DNA of 64,000 nt from Anaerolineales bacterium (GTDB lineage: Bacteria > Chloroflexota > Anaerolineae > Anaerolineales > UBA11858). Shown piece after piece: positions 9,218-18,625 of the stretch. The stretch lies in assembly GCA_028278545.1 (NCBI GenBank), contig JANQED010000138.1, forward strand, positions 29,237-93,236, given 5' to 3'. The translations under genes were made by a program, and so were the position numbers. Every line of letters starts with the position of its first letter. The stretch's first letter is position 1. Under the pieces are notes generated by a model. That model worked only from the letters and a program-made list of their open reading frames with translations. It ran no database searches and had not been told where the DNA came from.

Positions 9218-10183
9218 ATGATCCGACCCCTTGGCTGGCGAGACTTGCCAACCCTTTACCGCTATCGCCACCAGGGCGTTTTTTTGAACAGCGCGCTGGC
9301 GGCAACGCGTGGCACCGGGCTGCTCCCCAGCGTTTTATTGGATGGCCTAAGCGGGATCACGTGGGTGTGCATGGAAGATTGCGACGAACAGCCTTTGATC
9401 GGTCAGAGTATGCAAGAGGCATCGTCACCCTCTGCCCGCATTTCTTTCCTGGCTCCCCGGGAGGCCCTGGAGTCACCCAGCACCCAAGAATTGCTTGAAC
9501 AACTCGCTCACCAGGCCGGGCAGCGCGGCGCCTTCCATTTGCTGGCTGAGGTCAATTCAGACTCATCGATTTTCGAGACTTTGCGCAGGGCCGGGTTTGC
9601 CTCATATGCCCGCCAACGAATCTGGCAATGGGATCAAGAAACCCAGAGAGCTACCAGACTGCACTCATGGCGCATCACACAATTTGGCGACCTTCCCCGC
9701 TTGCAGGCACTCTACCGCCAAGTGGTGCCCGAATTCGTGGCGCAGATTGAACCACCTGACGGAGGAACATCCCCGCCTGGGCTGATTTATTATGACGACA
9801 ACGAACTCAGGGGCTTTGCCGTGATCAGCTATGGAGGGCACGGCATCTGGGTGAAACCGTACTTCCAGCCCCATCTGGAGGGAATCGACCATCTGCTCAG
9901 AGACCTCATTGAGAGTATTCCAGACCGGCGCGCCCGCCCCATTTATCTCTGTGTCAGGGCATACCAACCCCATCTGGAACCAGCTCTGGAAGCTATGGGG
10001 GCAACCCCCAGCCCGAGGCAAACGGTGATGGTCAAACATATGGCAGCCCACCATAAACTCAGAGAAACTTTCAAATTGCCTAACTTGAACGGACAACCCG
10101 AGACTCCACTGGCACACACAAGCCAGAACGCCTATTCCAGTGGAGAACTTATCTCTCATGCCAGCACAAAAAATAACCGATGA
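9218..10183 (+). CDS. Hypothetical protein, possibly a tandem GNAT-like acetyltransferase fold
   Basis: 321 aa from ATG 9218 (the ORF-track start 9128 overlaps pdxT). Segments such as [32 protein letters not shown] resemble GNAT C-terminal motifs. The assignment is weak. Confidence 0.35.
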   Translation: MIRPLGWRDLPTLYRYRHQGVFLNSALAATRGTGLLPSVLLDGLSGITWVCMEDCDEQPLIGQSMQEASSPSARISFLAPREALESPSTQELLEQLAHQAGQRGAFHLLAEVNSDSSIFETLRRAGFASYARQRIWQWDQETQRATRLHSWRITQFGDLPRLQALYRQVVPEFVAQIEPPDGGTSPPGLIYYDDNELRGFAVISYGGHGIWVKPYFQPHLEGIDHLLRDLIESIPDRRARPIYLCVRAYQPHLEPALEAMGATPSPRQTVMVKHMAAHHKLRETFKLPNLNGQPETPLAHTSQNAYSSGELISHASTKNNR

Positions 10184-11747
10184 CTTAGATGCCCTGATGG
10201 GAGTGCTGCCTTCCGATATCGCCCAGGCGATCGATCAGGCCAATGACAGCAGCAATCTGTTGGAAGTCGTCCTCGACCTGGGGCGCGTCCCAACAGCGCG
10301 TTTCCTGACAGGTGAAGTTGTGCTGCGCGAAGAGGAGGTGGCGCGCGCCGATATCGATTGCGTTGGTTCGCGCGTCAGTGAGTTCGATGACGACAATCGC
10401 GCTGGGCTGGAACGCACGCTGCACCGCATCTCTGCCATCCGCAACCGCCGCGGCGATATCGTCGGCCTGACCTGCCGGGTAGGCCGGGCCGTATACGGCA
10501 CTACGGAGATCATCAAGGATTTGATCGAGGACCATAAAAGCCTGCTGATTCTGGGACGCCCCGGCGTGGGCAAGACCACCATGCTGCGCGAGGCGGCCCG
10601 GATTTTGGCGGAATCGAAACGAGTGGTGATCGTCGATACATCCAACGAGATCGGCGGCGATGGCGACGTACCCCATCCCGCGGTTGGGCGCGCCCGGCGT
10701 ATGCAGGTCGCCAAGCCCTCTTTGCAGCACGAAGTGATGATCGAGGCCGTGGAGAATCACAACCCCGAGGTGATCGTCATCGATGAGATCGGCCGCGAAC
10801 TGGAGGCCATCGCTGCCCGCACCATCGCTGAACGCGGCGTGCAGTTGATCGGCACTGCTCATGGCAACACCCTGGAGAACCTGCTGCTCAACCCCACACT
10901 GTCCGATCTGGTTGGCGGAATCGAGTCCGTTACGCTCTCTGATGAAGAAGCCCGTCGGCGCGGCACACAAAAGACCGTTCTGGAACGTCGCTCGCCGCCG
11001 ACCTTCGATGTGCTCATCGAAATCCAAACTCGCGACCGGCTGGCTATCCATCGGGATGTGTCTGCTTCCGTAGACGCCTTATTACGCGGCCATCCACATA
11101 CTCCGGAAATCCGCTCGCGCGACGAAAACGGTGAGATCCGCATTAAAAAGGGCAGCAAAGCGATACAACTGCACCAACCTATTGGCGGCATGCGGCGCCA
11201 GCACGAAAACGCCGCCTGGGAAGACACCGACACAGGCGAATTGCTCCAAACCCAACTCGAACCACCCCAGCGTGAGCAGCTTCAGGAAATCCGTATTTTC
11301 TCTTACGGGGTCGCCCGCAACCGTTTACGACAGGCGGCGCGGCAGCTCAAAGTGCCCATTCAAACGGAGACCGATCTCTATCAGGCCCAGGCCGTGGTCA
11401 CGTTGAGGCACCACTTCCGCAAGCGCAATCAAGCCATCGTCGAGGCTGAAAATTTGGGCATCCCCATCTATGTGCTGCGTTCTGATACCCGCACCCAACT
11501 GACGCGTTTCCTGAGCGGCCTGTTCAACCTGACTCCAACCCGTCCGGGCAAGCAAGACGACGAAGAAGCACTGCAGCAGACTCAACGCGCCATCAAGACC
11601 GTGCTGGATGGGGAACGCTGGGTCGAACTCGATCCGGCTACATCCTACATCCGGCGGCTGCAGCATCAAATGGCCCGCCAGGCAAATCTGCTCTCCTACT
11701 CCCACGGCAAAGAGCCTCACCGCAGGGTGAGGATTTATCGGGAGTAG
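10140..11747 (+). CDS. Ycf45 / SpoIIIAA-like AAA ATPase with C-terminal R3H (ssNA-binding) domain
   Basis: 535 aa. Walker [39 protein letters not shown], Walker [10 protein letters not shown]-terminal [28 protein letters not shown] is R3H-like. Confidence 0.8.
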   Translation: MENLSLMPAQKITDDLDALMGVLPSDIAQAIDQANDSSNLLEVVLDLGRVPTARFLTGEVVLREEEVARADIDCVGSRVSEFDDDNRAGLERTLHRISAIRNRRGDIVGLTCRVGRAVYGTTEIIKDLIEDHKSLLILGRPGVGKTTMLREAARILAESKRVVIVDTSNEIGGDGDVPHPAVGRARRMQVAKPSLQHEVMIEAVENHNPEVIVIDEIGRELEAIAARTIAERGVQLIGTAHGNTLENLLLNPTLSDLVGGIESVTLSDEEARRRGTQKTVLERRSPPTFDVLIEIQTRDRLAIHRDVSASVDALLRGHPHTPEIRSRDENGEIRIKKGSKAIQLHQPIGGMRRQHENAAWEDTDTGELLQTQLEPPQREQLQEIRIFSYGVARNRLRQAARQLKVPIQTETDLYQAQAVVTLRHHFRKRNQAIVEAENLGIPIYVLRSDTRTQLTRFLSGLFNLTPTRPGKQDDEEALQQTQRAIKTVLDGERWVELDPATSYIRRLQHQMARQANLLSYSHGKEPHRRVRIYRE

Positions 11748-11921
11748 AAACAAGCCGACGAAACGACCAAATCAATCATCCATGTCCATAGTCATTCAAA
11801 ACTTTGGGCGAAGAGTCAAAACGTCTCAGAGAAGTTGTCAAGCATAGCATATCGTGTTAAGGTATATTCACACTATCTGTTACCAAATAGTCTTATCACG
11901 ACAACTGTGGGAGGAATATTG

Positions 11922-13070
11922 ATGAAAAAGCCAGCATCACTCGACGAATGGTATCGCTTAGTAAATTCAATTTATATGGATCGGAATTTCTATCGCACTC
12001 CAGATTCAGTTTTTACTCATTTGGTTGAAGTGGTAGGAGGGCTTAGTTCATCTGCTAGTCGTAAATTAAAAACGAGGAAAAATGGCGTTACTTATCTGGC
12101 AAAAGCTTTAGGCTGGTGGTTAACGTTGTGCGGGCACATTGGGGTCAGAAGTGTCGAGGCATTGATTTGGAAAAAATTTCCTTATGTATGTCCATATTGC
12201 AGAAAGATTCCTCATGCAAAGCGTGACTGCGAAATTTATCGCGAATCCAATGTAGGAATTGATTGGAATGAACTTGACAACTTGGGAAGAAGAAATAAGC
12301 AAAAACGCCCAAGGGCACTTCGGTCATGGCAAAAAATGTTTGACAACATATACATGATTGATGATTCAGCAGACAGAAAAATAATATTCGGTCGACTGGC
12401 AGAGGAACTTGGGGAACTAGCCGAAGGGATTCGATTGTTACCAGTAAGCCATGCATACTACATGAATGAAGCTGTGGATGTTTTCGCCTGGATAATGCGC
12501 TATGCAAATTTTGAGGAAAGTGAGCGAAAGGCTAGTGCTAATAGTGTTGGGGTGTTAATAGAAGATGCACTTTGGGATGAATACCCTGGTCAATGTAAAC
12601 ATTGTGAAACTGAAGTATGCAAATGTGCTCCTTTTCTCTACGAAAACCTTGGGCGATTATCTCGAGAGATGCCTATTGAGGCTTATCGTGAAGCTGATGA
12701 TCTGAGCCTGTTTACTTTTGAGGAGAAAATCGAAATTTTTAGATATGGGGATACTAATCTGACCGTGGGGAGAAAAACAATCAAACTGACCTCAGAATTA
12801 TTAGAAGAAATGGTGCGTACATCGAGAGCGATTCTTGACAAGGATGAAGAATTGTCCTTGAATCTACCTCAAAACACTCAAGAAGCTTTTCATCAACTAG
12901 CCCATTTAGCTTCTCAACAGCAAGTTACCCAGAAGAGTGTTGACAAACTAACTACTACATTACGAGATGTCCCAATTGATGCCAGAAAACTCATCAGTGA
13001 TTTCCTTTTAGGCATTAGTGCAGGGCTCTGGGCCGAAGCTATTATCTTGTTCCTTAAAAGCATCAAATAA
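11922..13070 (+). CDS. Tandem MazG-like all-alpha NTP pyrophosphohydrolase (module 1 degenerate, module 2 intact), each module ending in a Cys knuckle, plus a helical C-terminal tail
   Basis: 382 aa from ATG 11922 (GGAGGA RBS). Module 2 has RLAEELGELAEG and NEAVDVFAW (EExxE / ExxD metal-ligand motifs), then YPGQCKHCETEVCKC. Module 1 has HLVEVVGGLS and LAKALGWWL (acidic ligands lost), then FPYVCPYCRKIPHAKRDC. The locus is AT-rich. Confidence 0.6.
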   Translation: MKKPASLDEWYRLVNSIYMDRNFYRTPDSVFTHLVEVVGGLSSSASRKLKTRKNGVTYLAKALGWWLTLCGHIGVRSVEALIWKKFPYVCPYCRKIPHAKRDCEIYRESNVGIDWNELDNLGRRNKQKRPRALRSWQKMFDNIYMIDDSADRKIIFGRLAEELGELAEGIRLLPVSHAYYMNEAVDVFAWIMRYANFEESERKASANSVGVLIEDALWDEYPGQCKHCETEVCKCAPFLYENLGRLSREMPIEAYREADDLSLFTFEEKIEIFRYGDTNLTVGRKTIKLTSELLEEMVRTSRAILDKDEELSLNLPQNTQEAFHQLAHLASQQQVTQKSVDKLTTTLRDVPIDARKLISDFLLGISAGLWAEAIILFLKSIK

Positions 13071-13091
13071 TTATCACTACGGAGATGTACC

Positions 13092-13718
13092 TTGAGCTTA
13101 TTCATCACTTTTGAAGGGCCGGATGGTAGCGGCAAGTCTTCACAAATAGCTAAACTAACTAAATATCTAGAAGATAACGGATATTCTGTCATAAATACGC
13201 GAGAACCAGGCGGGACTTCCATTGGGAATCAGATTAGAGATATCGTTTTAAAATCCGAAAATACGGAAATGCACCAACGCGCTGAGATTTTGCTATTCCA
13301 AGCATCGCGCGCCCAACTTGTCGAACAGGTCATCCGGCCCCACTTAGAAAAAGGGGGCGTTGTGCTGTGCGATCGGTACGCGGATTCGACTCTGGCTTAC
13401 CAGGGCTACGGCTATGGGCGCGACATCCACGAACTGCGCGCCATCATCAACTTCGCCACTGGCGGCCTCAAGCCAGACCTGACCCTGCTCCTGGATGTCG
13501 ATGTGAAAATCGGCCTCGCCCGCCGACGGGAAGGCGGTGATGTCAACCGGTTAGATATCTTTGAATTGACCTTCCATCAAAATGTGCGCCAGGGGTACCA
13601 TCAATTAGCCCAGGCAGAGCCGCAACGCTGGGTGACCATCGACGCCGGGCAACCCACAGAGCGGGTACAGAGAAGAATCCGCAAAATCATCCTGGAACGA
13701 CTGCGCGCTCAAGAGTAA
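13092..13718 (+). CDS. tmk: Thymidylate kinase
   Basis: 208 aa, TTG start. FITFEGPDGSGKSSQ P-loop, DRYADSTLAYQG. Confidence 0.95.
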   Translation: MSLFITFEGPDGSGKSSQIAKLTKYLEDNGYSVINTREPGGTSIGNQIRDIVLKSENTEMHQRAEILLFQASRAQLVEQVIRPHLEKGGVVLCDRYADSTLAYQGYGYGRDIHELRAIINFATGGLKPDLTLLLDVDVKIGLARRREGGDVNRLDIFELTFHQNVRQGYHQLAQAEPQRWVTIDAGQPTERVQRRIRKIILERLRAQE

Positions 13719-13755
13719 CAATAACCCACCTGATTAATTTCAATCCGCCCATGAG

Positions 13756-14160
13756 CTAAAAATCCCCACCAAAATCGTCCATCCCGCCTAGACCCCCTTC
13801 ATCGCCTCCTAAATCGGGGATGGCTTTCTCGATCTCATCCGGGCTCTGGCCTTTTTCTAAGCGGTCCACCACTTCATCGAATTCTGGGCCCAAATCTTCC
13901 CCCATCTCACGGCCCATTTTGCGCATCATCCTGCCTAATGCCTGAGGGTCATCTTCCAAACCATCCATCGCTGATGGGTCGGCCAGGTCTTCCAGGCGTT
14001 GATCCTCAGACTTAGCAATCCGCACACGACTGAGACGGCGCTGAACCTGGGCGCTCTCACAATGCGGGCAATTTACAGCATGCTCGCCATACTCTTCATA
14101 GGAAACAAAGATCTCAAAAGCCCTCCCGCACTGCAAACATCGATATTCATATGCTGGCAT
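13756..14160 (-). CDS. FmdB-family putative zinc-ribbon regulatory protein with an acidic C-terminal tail
   Basis: MPAYEYRCLQCGRAFEIFVSYEEY...CPHCES. Start moved to ATG 14160 (GGAGG RBS). Confidence 0.8.
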   Translation of the reverse strand: MPAYEYRCLQCGRAFEIFVSYEEYGEHAVNCPHCESAQVQRRLSRVRIAKSEDQRLEDLADPSAMDGLEDDPQALGRMMRKMGREMGEDLGPEFDEVVDRLEKGQSPDEIEKAIPDLGGDEGGLGGMDDFGGDF

Positions 14161-14204
14161 AGAAACCTCCAACGAAATTATCATCCATATTATAATCCGA
14201 GCGA

Positions 14205-14846
14205 TTGGAGATTGTCATGTCCCTTGAGAATGAAGGTCAATTTCAGAAACACCAACCTGAACCGCTGCTGATCGTGATATCCGGCCCATCGGGCGTGGGC
14301 AAGGACACGGTGGTGGAACGAATGAAAACGCGCGGCTTGCCATTCCACTTCGTCATCACGTCCACAACCAGGCCTCCCCGCCAGGAAGAGACTCATGGCA
14401 TAGATTACTTTTTCTACTCCAAGGATGAATTCGCCGAGATGATCGAGAAGGACGAGCTGCTGGAATACGCTTTTGTGTACAACGATTTCAAGGGCATTCC
14501 GAAATTCCAGGTGCGCCAAGCGTTGGCCAGCGGTAAGGATGTGGTCATGCGCCTGGACGTGCAGGGCGCCGCCACCATCCGCGAGTTATGCCCCGAAGCA
14601 GTGTTGATCTTCTTGACCACCGTGGACGAGGAAGAACTCGTCAACCGCCTCCAGGCCCGCAAGAGTGAGCAGCCAGATGAGTTGAAATTACGCATCGCCA
14701 CAGCCCGCAAAGAACTGGAACGCGTCAAGGAGTTCGATTACGTGGTCATGAATAGAGAGAATAAGCTAGATGAGACGGTGGATGCCATTGAAGCCATCAT
14801 CCAGGCCGAACATCATCGTGTAGAACAACGAAAGGTCACCCTTTGA
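14205..14846 (+). CDS. gmk: Guanylate kinase
   Basis: ISGPSGVGKDT P-loop, TTRPPR, YxF guanylate-kinase signature. An alternative start lies at 14217. Confidence 0.93.
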   Translation: MEIVMSLENEGQFQKHQPEPLLIVISGPSGVGKDTVVERMKTRGLPFHFVITSTTRPPRQEETHGIDYFFYSKDEFAEMIEKDELLEYAFVYNDFKGIPKFQVRQALASGKDVVMRLDVQGAATIRELCPEAVLIFLTTVDEEELVNRLQARKSEQPDELKLRIATARKELERVKEFDYVVMNRENKLDETVDAIEAIIQAEHHRVEQRKVTL

Positions 14847-15637
14847 ACGATCAGTTCCCCCAACCACCCCAGCCGGATGCTCCAGAGCCCAACGTCAGGC
14901 GTGATTCTGTTCCCCGAAGGGAGAGTCAGCCTCCTAAGGCCCCCTCAACTCCCTTTGTAACATACACCATCCTGGGACTATCCATCATCGTCTACCTGCT
15001 GCAGATAGGGTCAGAGTATGCAGTAGGATATGACCTGCCGGCAGCTTTGGGCCTCAAAGTGAACGAACTCATCGCCGCCGGTCAGCTTTGGCGGTTGATC
15101 ACACCGATCTTGCTGCACGGCTCTATTGTGCATATCGGTTTCAATATGTATGCACTTTACCTGTTCGGTCCGCGCCTGGAGAACAACTTTGGGCACTGGC
15201 GTTTTTTGGTCCTCTATTTGATCAGCGGTTTCGCAGGCAATGTGTTTTCAATGATGTTCACTCAAGCCCCCTCGCTGGGATCATCGACAGCCATCTTCGG
15301 ACTGCTGGGCGCCCACGGAATCTACGTCTATCAAAATCGGGCGTTCTTTGGAGAATCGATCACTCGCGCTTCCCTAGGCAGAATCATCCAGGTAGCTGCA
15401 ATCAACCTGCTCATCGGGCTCTCCCCAGGCATCGACAACTGGGGGCATGTCGGCGGGTTGATCGGTGGTACAGTGTTCACCTGGTTTGGCGGGCCATTGT
15501 TGGGGGTCAGCGGCATCCATCCCAATCAATCCATTACCGATCAGCGTGAAAACAGCGAAATCCTGCAGGCTATAGCCATCGCCGGAGGGTTTTTCGTCTT
15601 CCTGGCCGCAGGCGCGCTCTACTTGATGACGCGCTAA
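14843..15637 (+). CDS. Rhomboid-family intramembrane serine protease (second copy)
   Basis: 264 aa. GSSTAIFGLLGA (GxSx catalytic Ser), WGHVGGLIGG (catalytic His). TTG start overlaps the gmk stop by 4 nt. Confidence 0.85.
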   Translation: MNDQFPQPPQPDAPEPNVRRDSVPRRESQPPKAPSTPFVTYTILGLSIIVYLLQIGSEYAVGYDLPAALGLKVNELIAAGQLWRLITPILLHGSIVHIGFNMYALYLFGPRLENNFGHWRFLVLYLISGFAGNVFSMMFTQAPSLGSSTAIFGLLGAHGIYVYQNRAFFGESITRASLGRIIQVAAINLLIGLSPGIDNWGHVGGLIGGTVFTWFGGPLLGVSGIHPNQSITDQRENSEILQAIAIAGGFFVFLAAGALYLMTR

Positions 15638-15664
15638 GAGCGGCGATTTGCTACCTACATTCAA

Positions 15665-15691
15665 AGACCCGGCCTCACTGAGGCCGGGTCT
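15665..15691. terminator. Bidirectional intrinsic terminator between convergent genes
   Basis: AGACCCGGCCT (15665-15675), 5-nt loop, AGGCCGGGTCT (15681-15691). A-run upstream and T-rich downstream. Confidence 0.75.
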
Positions 15692-15721
15692 ATTGGTTCC
15701 GCGCAGATCTACAATGGGGAC

Positions 15722-16102
15722 TCAGAAATCATCTAAATCCCAATCATCACCACTGAGCAATTCATCATCATCCATATAATCGATGCCTACCTCGATGCTG
15801 TCATCTGGGAAGCGCACCCACAAGAGCAGCACTTCGCCCTCTTCGGAATCGAGATGGCGGGCAGCCACGATAGGCACTTCATCGGGCAAGCCTTCCTGTG
15901 TGCGGTATTCCAAGTGAATAGTTTGTTGTTTTTCCCAGGCCCGCTGACAACGGTCAACGAGTTCTTTACCATCAAAAGTCCGCAGACGAGTGGCAACTAC
16001 TTCAGCTTGAAGAGCACCCTCCACCAAACCGTGCACCCAAATATCCGGAATCAACTCGAAGGTTGGTGAAGGCCCTTCGATAATCGTAATCTTATCGTCC
16101 AT
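15722..16102 (-). CDS. Hypothetical acidic protein
   Basis: 126 aa, clean ORF, very acidic C-terminus (DDDELLSGDDWDLDDF). I recognise no family. Confidence 0.5.
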   Translation of the reverse strand: MDDKITIIEGPSPTFELIPDIWVHGLVEGALQAEVVATRLRTFDGKELVDRCQRAWEKQQTIHLEYRTQEGLPDEVPIVAARHLDSEEGEVLLLWVRFPDDSIEVGIDYMDDDELLSGDDWDLDDF

Positions 16103-16257
16103 ACATCCTCAACAATAATCTGATGCCGGAATCTTACCATAAAAGACCCTAAAGAAATCCCTTAAAAAGCTGGTACTCAAAGAGTCATTGGAGAAGTAGC
16201 CAGATTTGGTATCCCCCAAAATCTAGAAGTTACTACGGAAAATTCCAAGCGAGGATT

Positions 16258-16896
16258 CTATCCTGAACTGAGGTTGTTATTGCGGTCAAAGGCCGTGTAG
16301 GTTTCCAAAAGACTCATCATCACCCGGTCGGTGAAGGCAGTGATGCGGCGGAACAGGTTGCTCCAAACGTACGGAGAATCGACGGAAGCTGACTCGTAAA
16401 CGCCATACATGGCATCCAGGAGGCAGGTCCGAAAGAACAGGAAAGCCTGTGCCGCTTCCATAATGCTTAGCTCATATCTACGTGCCCTGACCGCATATTC
16501 ATACCCCAGAGCACGCGCCTCAGCTTCAGCGCCAACGTCGTCGGCAGAGGCGAGAAACGCGCTCAAGCCCTGCACCATCGAGCGTCCACTCAGGCGATAT
16601 TTCTGGCGTGCGCTTTGATCCAATTTTGCATACCAGGACTCGGCCTCCAAGCGGCCTTCGCCAATATGAAAGCGTGTGCGCTGTAAGGCTGTCTTCACTA
16701 CCAACTGGACCTCATCAGGTGTGCTGGCCTGGTGAGCCTGCCTCCACAACTCGACTTCATCGCGACGGAAACGACGGTGTCCGCCGGGCGTGCGGTGAAC
16801 CGGGATGCTCCCTTGATCCGCCCAATTGCGAACGGTACTGGGATGAACACCTAACTCTTTGGCGATCTCACTCAAACTCATCCACTCAGGCGTCAT
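16258..16896 (-). CDS. Excisionase/MerR-type HTH DNA-binding regulator with a helical sensor-like C-terminal domain
   Basis: MSLSEIAKELGVHPSTVRNWADQGSIPVHRTPGGHRRFRRDEV is an HTH_17-type motif. The C-terminal 140 aa are helical (possibly RsbRD-N-like). Confidence 0.7.
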   Translation of the reverse strand: MTPEWMSLSEIAKELGVHPSTVRNWADQGSIPVHRTPGGHRRFRRDEVELWRQAHQASTPDEVQLVVKTALQRTRFHIGEGRLEAESWYAKLDQSARQKYRLSGRSMVQGLSAFLASADDVGAEAEARALGYEYAVRARRYELSIMEAAQAFLFFRTCLLDAMYGVYESASVDSPYVWSNLFRRITAFTDRVMMSLLETYTAFDRNNNLSSG

Positions 16897-16919
16897 ATTC
16901 TCTCCAAATATCTGAGGAT

Positions 16920-18230
16920 TCAGGCATCCCCAGCAAGTGCGGCGCGTTCCACAACTGAGGTCTCGTCAGCTCGCTTGCGAAAAGCGCGCACATCGATATT
17001 TCTCAGCATAATCAGTGTAACAAATACCATAACACCCATCACAGCAAAAACCACGATATACCCCAAAATTGAATCGCCTGTTACCTGGCGAACAACATCA
17101 CGAACAGCACCGCCTAAAATCGAGCCTATCAACCTCGAGATCGCATTTGCCATCCCCCAGGCACCGATGAACAGTCCCACTTGTCCATCAACAGTCATAT
17201 CCAGCATCAGGGATAGATTCGACACCGTGGAAACCCCCGTGCCCAGGCCCAAAAACATCAATCCCGTATAGAACACGCCCGATCGAAGGGTGAAGCCACT
17301 GATTGCGATCATCAAGAAACCAAACAGCACAGCCCAACCACCCCAGGCTGCCAGAGTGCGTTTGTCAAAGCGGGTTTCAAGCCAGCCAGTCAACAGCAGG
17401 GCAACCAGAACAAATACCCCCCAGATGGATGTGATGCGAGTGGTCTCTGTAACGGACATATCGAACGCTTCACCGGCAAAGGGTTCCAGGAGAATGTCCT
17501 GGCCCAAGATAGCCACGAGCAACAAGATCAAGTACCAGAAAAACCTGTATGCCTGAGGGTTGCTCATGACCGCACGGGTCATATGAAGCCAAGAATAGCG
17601 CGATTCAGTCTCCGCATCCGCATCGGCCTGGATTTCTCTCTTTTCAAGCCAAAGCAGCCCGATGAGGCCAAGAGCCAAAGCTGCCCCTCCAATCCATTGG
17701 AAAGATGTCATCAGGGCTTGTGGAGTATATGGATCAACCATTCGACTCAGGGTCACCGAAGTCAGGATGATGCTGACGATCATCATAAACCACATCACCG
17801 CGATGGTCCTCCCGCGGCCCTCTTTGTCAGAGAGCTCAGTGGCCAACGATAGATATGAAACCGCGGCTAAATTGTATCCCATCCCCCAGGCGCCAAAGGC
17901 CACAATGCCCACAAGAATACCCAACCAGAAATTCTCAGCCAGCACGAAAGCCACATAGGGGGACAAAGAGACACCGCCCACACATAATACCAGCCCTAGC
18001 AAGATGTAGGGCGTGCGTCGCAGCCCAAAGAACCGATTGCGGTCGGAATGAGAACCGATATAAACCTGTATTGGAGAGATCAAATAAGGCAGCGAGGCCA
18101 TCAATGCCACCAACGTCGCCGAAATAGCCAGTTCTTTGATCATCACTCGATTGAGTGTGCTGTTGATCGGAACCAGGGTCATTGTGACGGCCACATGAAC
18201 GAGACCTAACTGGATGCGCCTACGAAGCAT
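16920..18230 (-). CDS. BCD/PucC-family MFS transporter
   Basis: 436 aa, 12 TM. LGLVHVAVTMTLVPINSTLNRVMIKELAISATLVALMASLPYLISPIQVYIGSHSDR...LRRTPYILLG is collinear with PucC/LhaA proteins. Confidence 0.8.
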   Translation of the reverse strand: MLRRRIQLGLVHVAVTMTLVPINSTLNRVMIKELAISATLVALMASLPYLISPIQVYIGSHSDRNRFFGLRRTPYILLGLVLCVGGVSLSPYVAFVLAENFWLGILVGIVAFGAWGMGYNLAAVSYLSLATELSDKEGRGRTIAVMWFMMIVSIILTSVTLSRMVDPYTPQALMTSFQWIGGAALALGLIGLLWLEKREIQADADAETESRYSWLHMTRAVMSNPQAYRFFWYLILLLVAILGQDILLEPFAGEAFDMSVTETTRITSIWGVFVLVALLLTGWLETRFDKRTLAAWGGWAVLFGFLMIAISGFTLRSGVFYTGLMFLGLGTGVSTVSNLSLMLDMTVDGQVGLFIGAWGMANAISRLIGSILGGAVRDVVRQVTGDSILGYIVVFAVMGVMVFVTLIMLRNIDVRAFRKRADETSVVERAALAGDA

Positions 18231-18625
18231 ATATTGTTCCTCATGTTATGACAAAAAATCCACCATTTGTCGAATTGCGCAAAAGCCTCCAAAATCTACC
18301 AAAACTCAGCTAACCTGACAATGTAGATTCACTTAGTTTTTCCAACAAGGCGAGTTAGAGACGCCGTCTGGTTTTTCGGAGGGTCAGGCTCAAACTGGGT
18401 TGGGTTATGCATCGAAATACCATGGTGAATGATTAAAACTAACAGATATCGAAAGCCCTTCTTTTGGTATAATGCGCCCTCCCGATGCCCCTCTTGGGCA
18501 GTGAGGACACTCATAGCCCCCGCAACCAGTCTGTGCAAGGGTGTCTCACTCATCGGCACCATCGAAAAATGGAATCCGCTCCCATGCTATAATCTTCAAG
18601 CTCATAGGATGAGTAATACAAAACG

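Noticed and set aside
10185-11051. 288-aa minus-strand ORF, plus 10235..10714 and 10859..11233, antisense to the Ycf45-like ATPase gene
   Set aside because: It lies entirely inside a well-supported plus-strand gene. Its composition (Arg/Ala/Gly/Asp-rich) is typical of shadow ORFs in GC-rich DNA, and it has no recognisable motifs.
18329-18562. 77-aa minus-strand ORF in the pucC-like / epimerase intergenic region
   Set aside because: It has no RBS, no motifs and an implausible sequence. It overlaps an equally unconvincing 66-aa plus-strand ORF.
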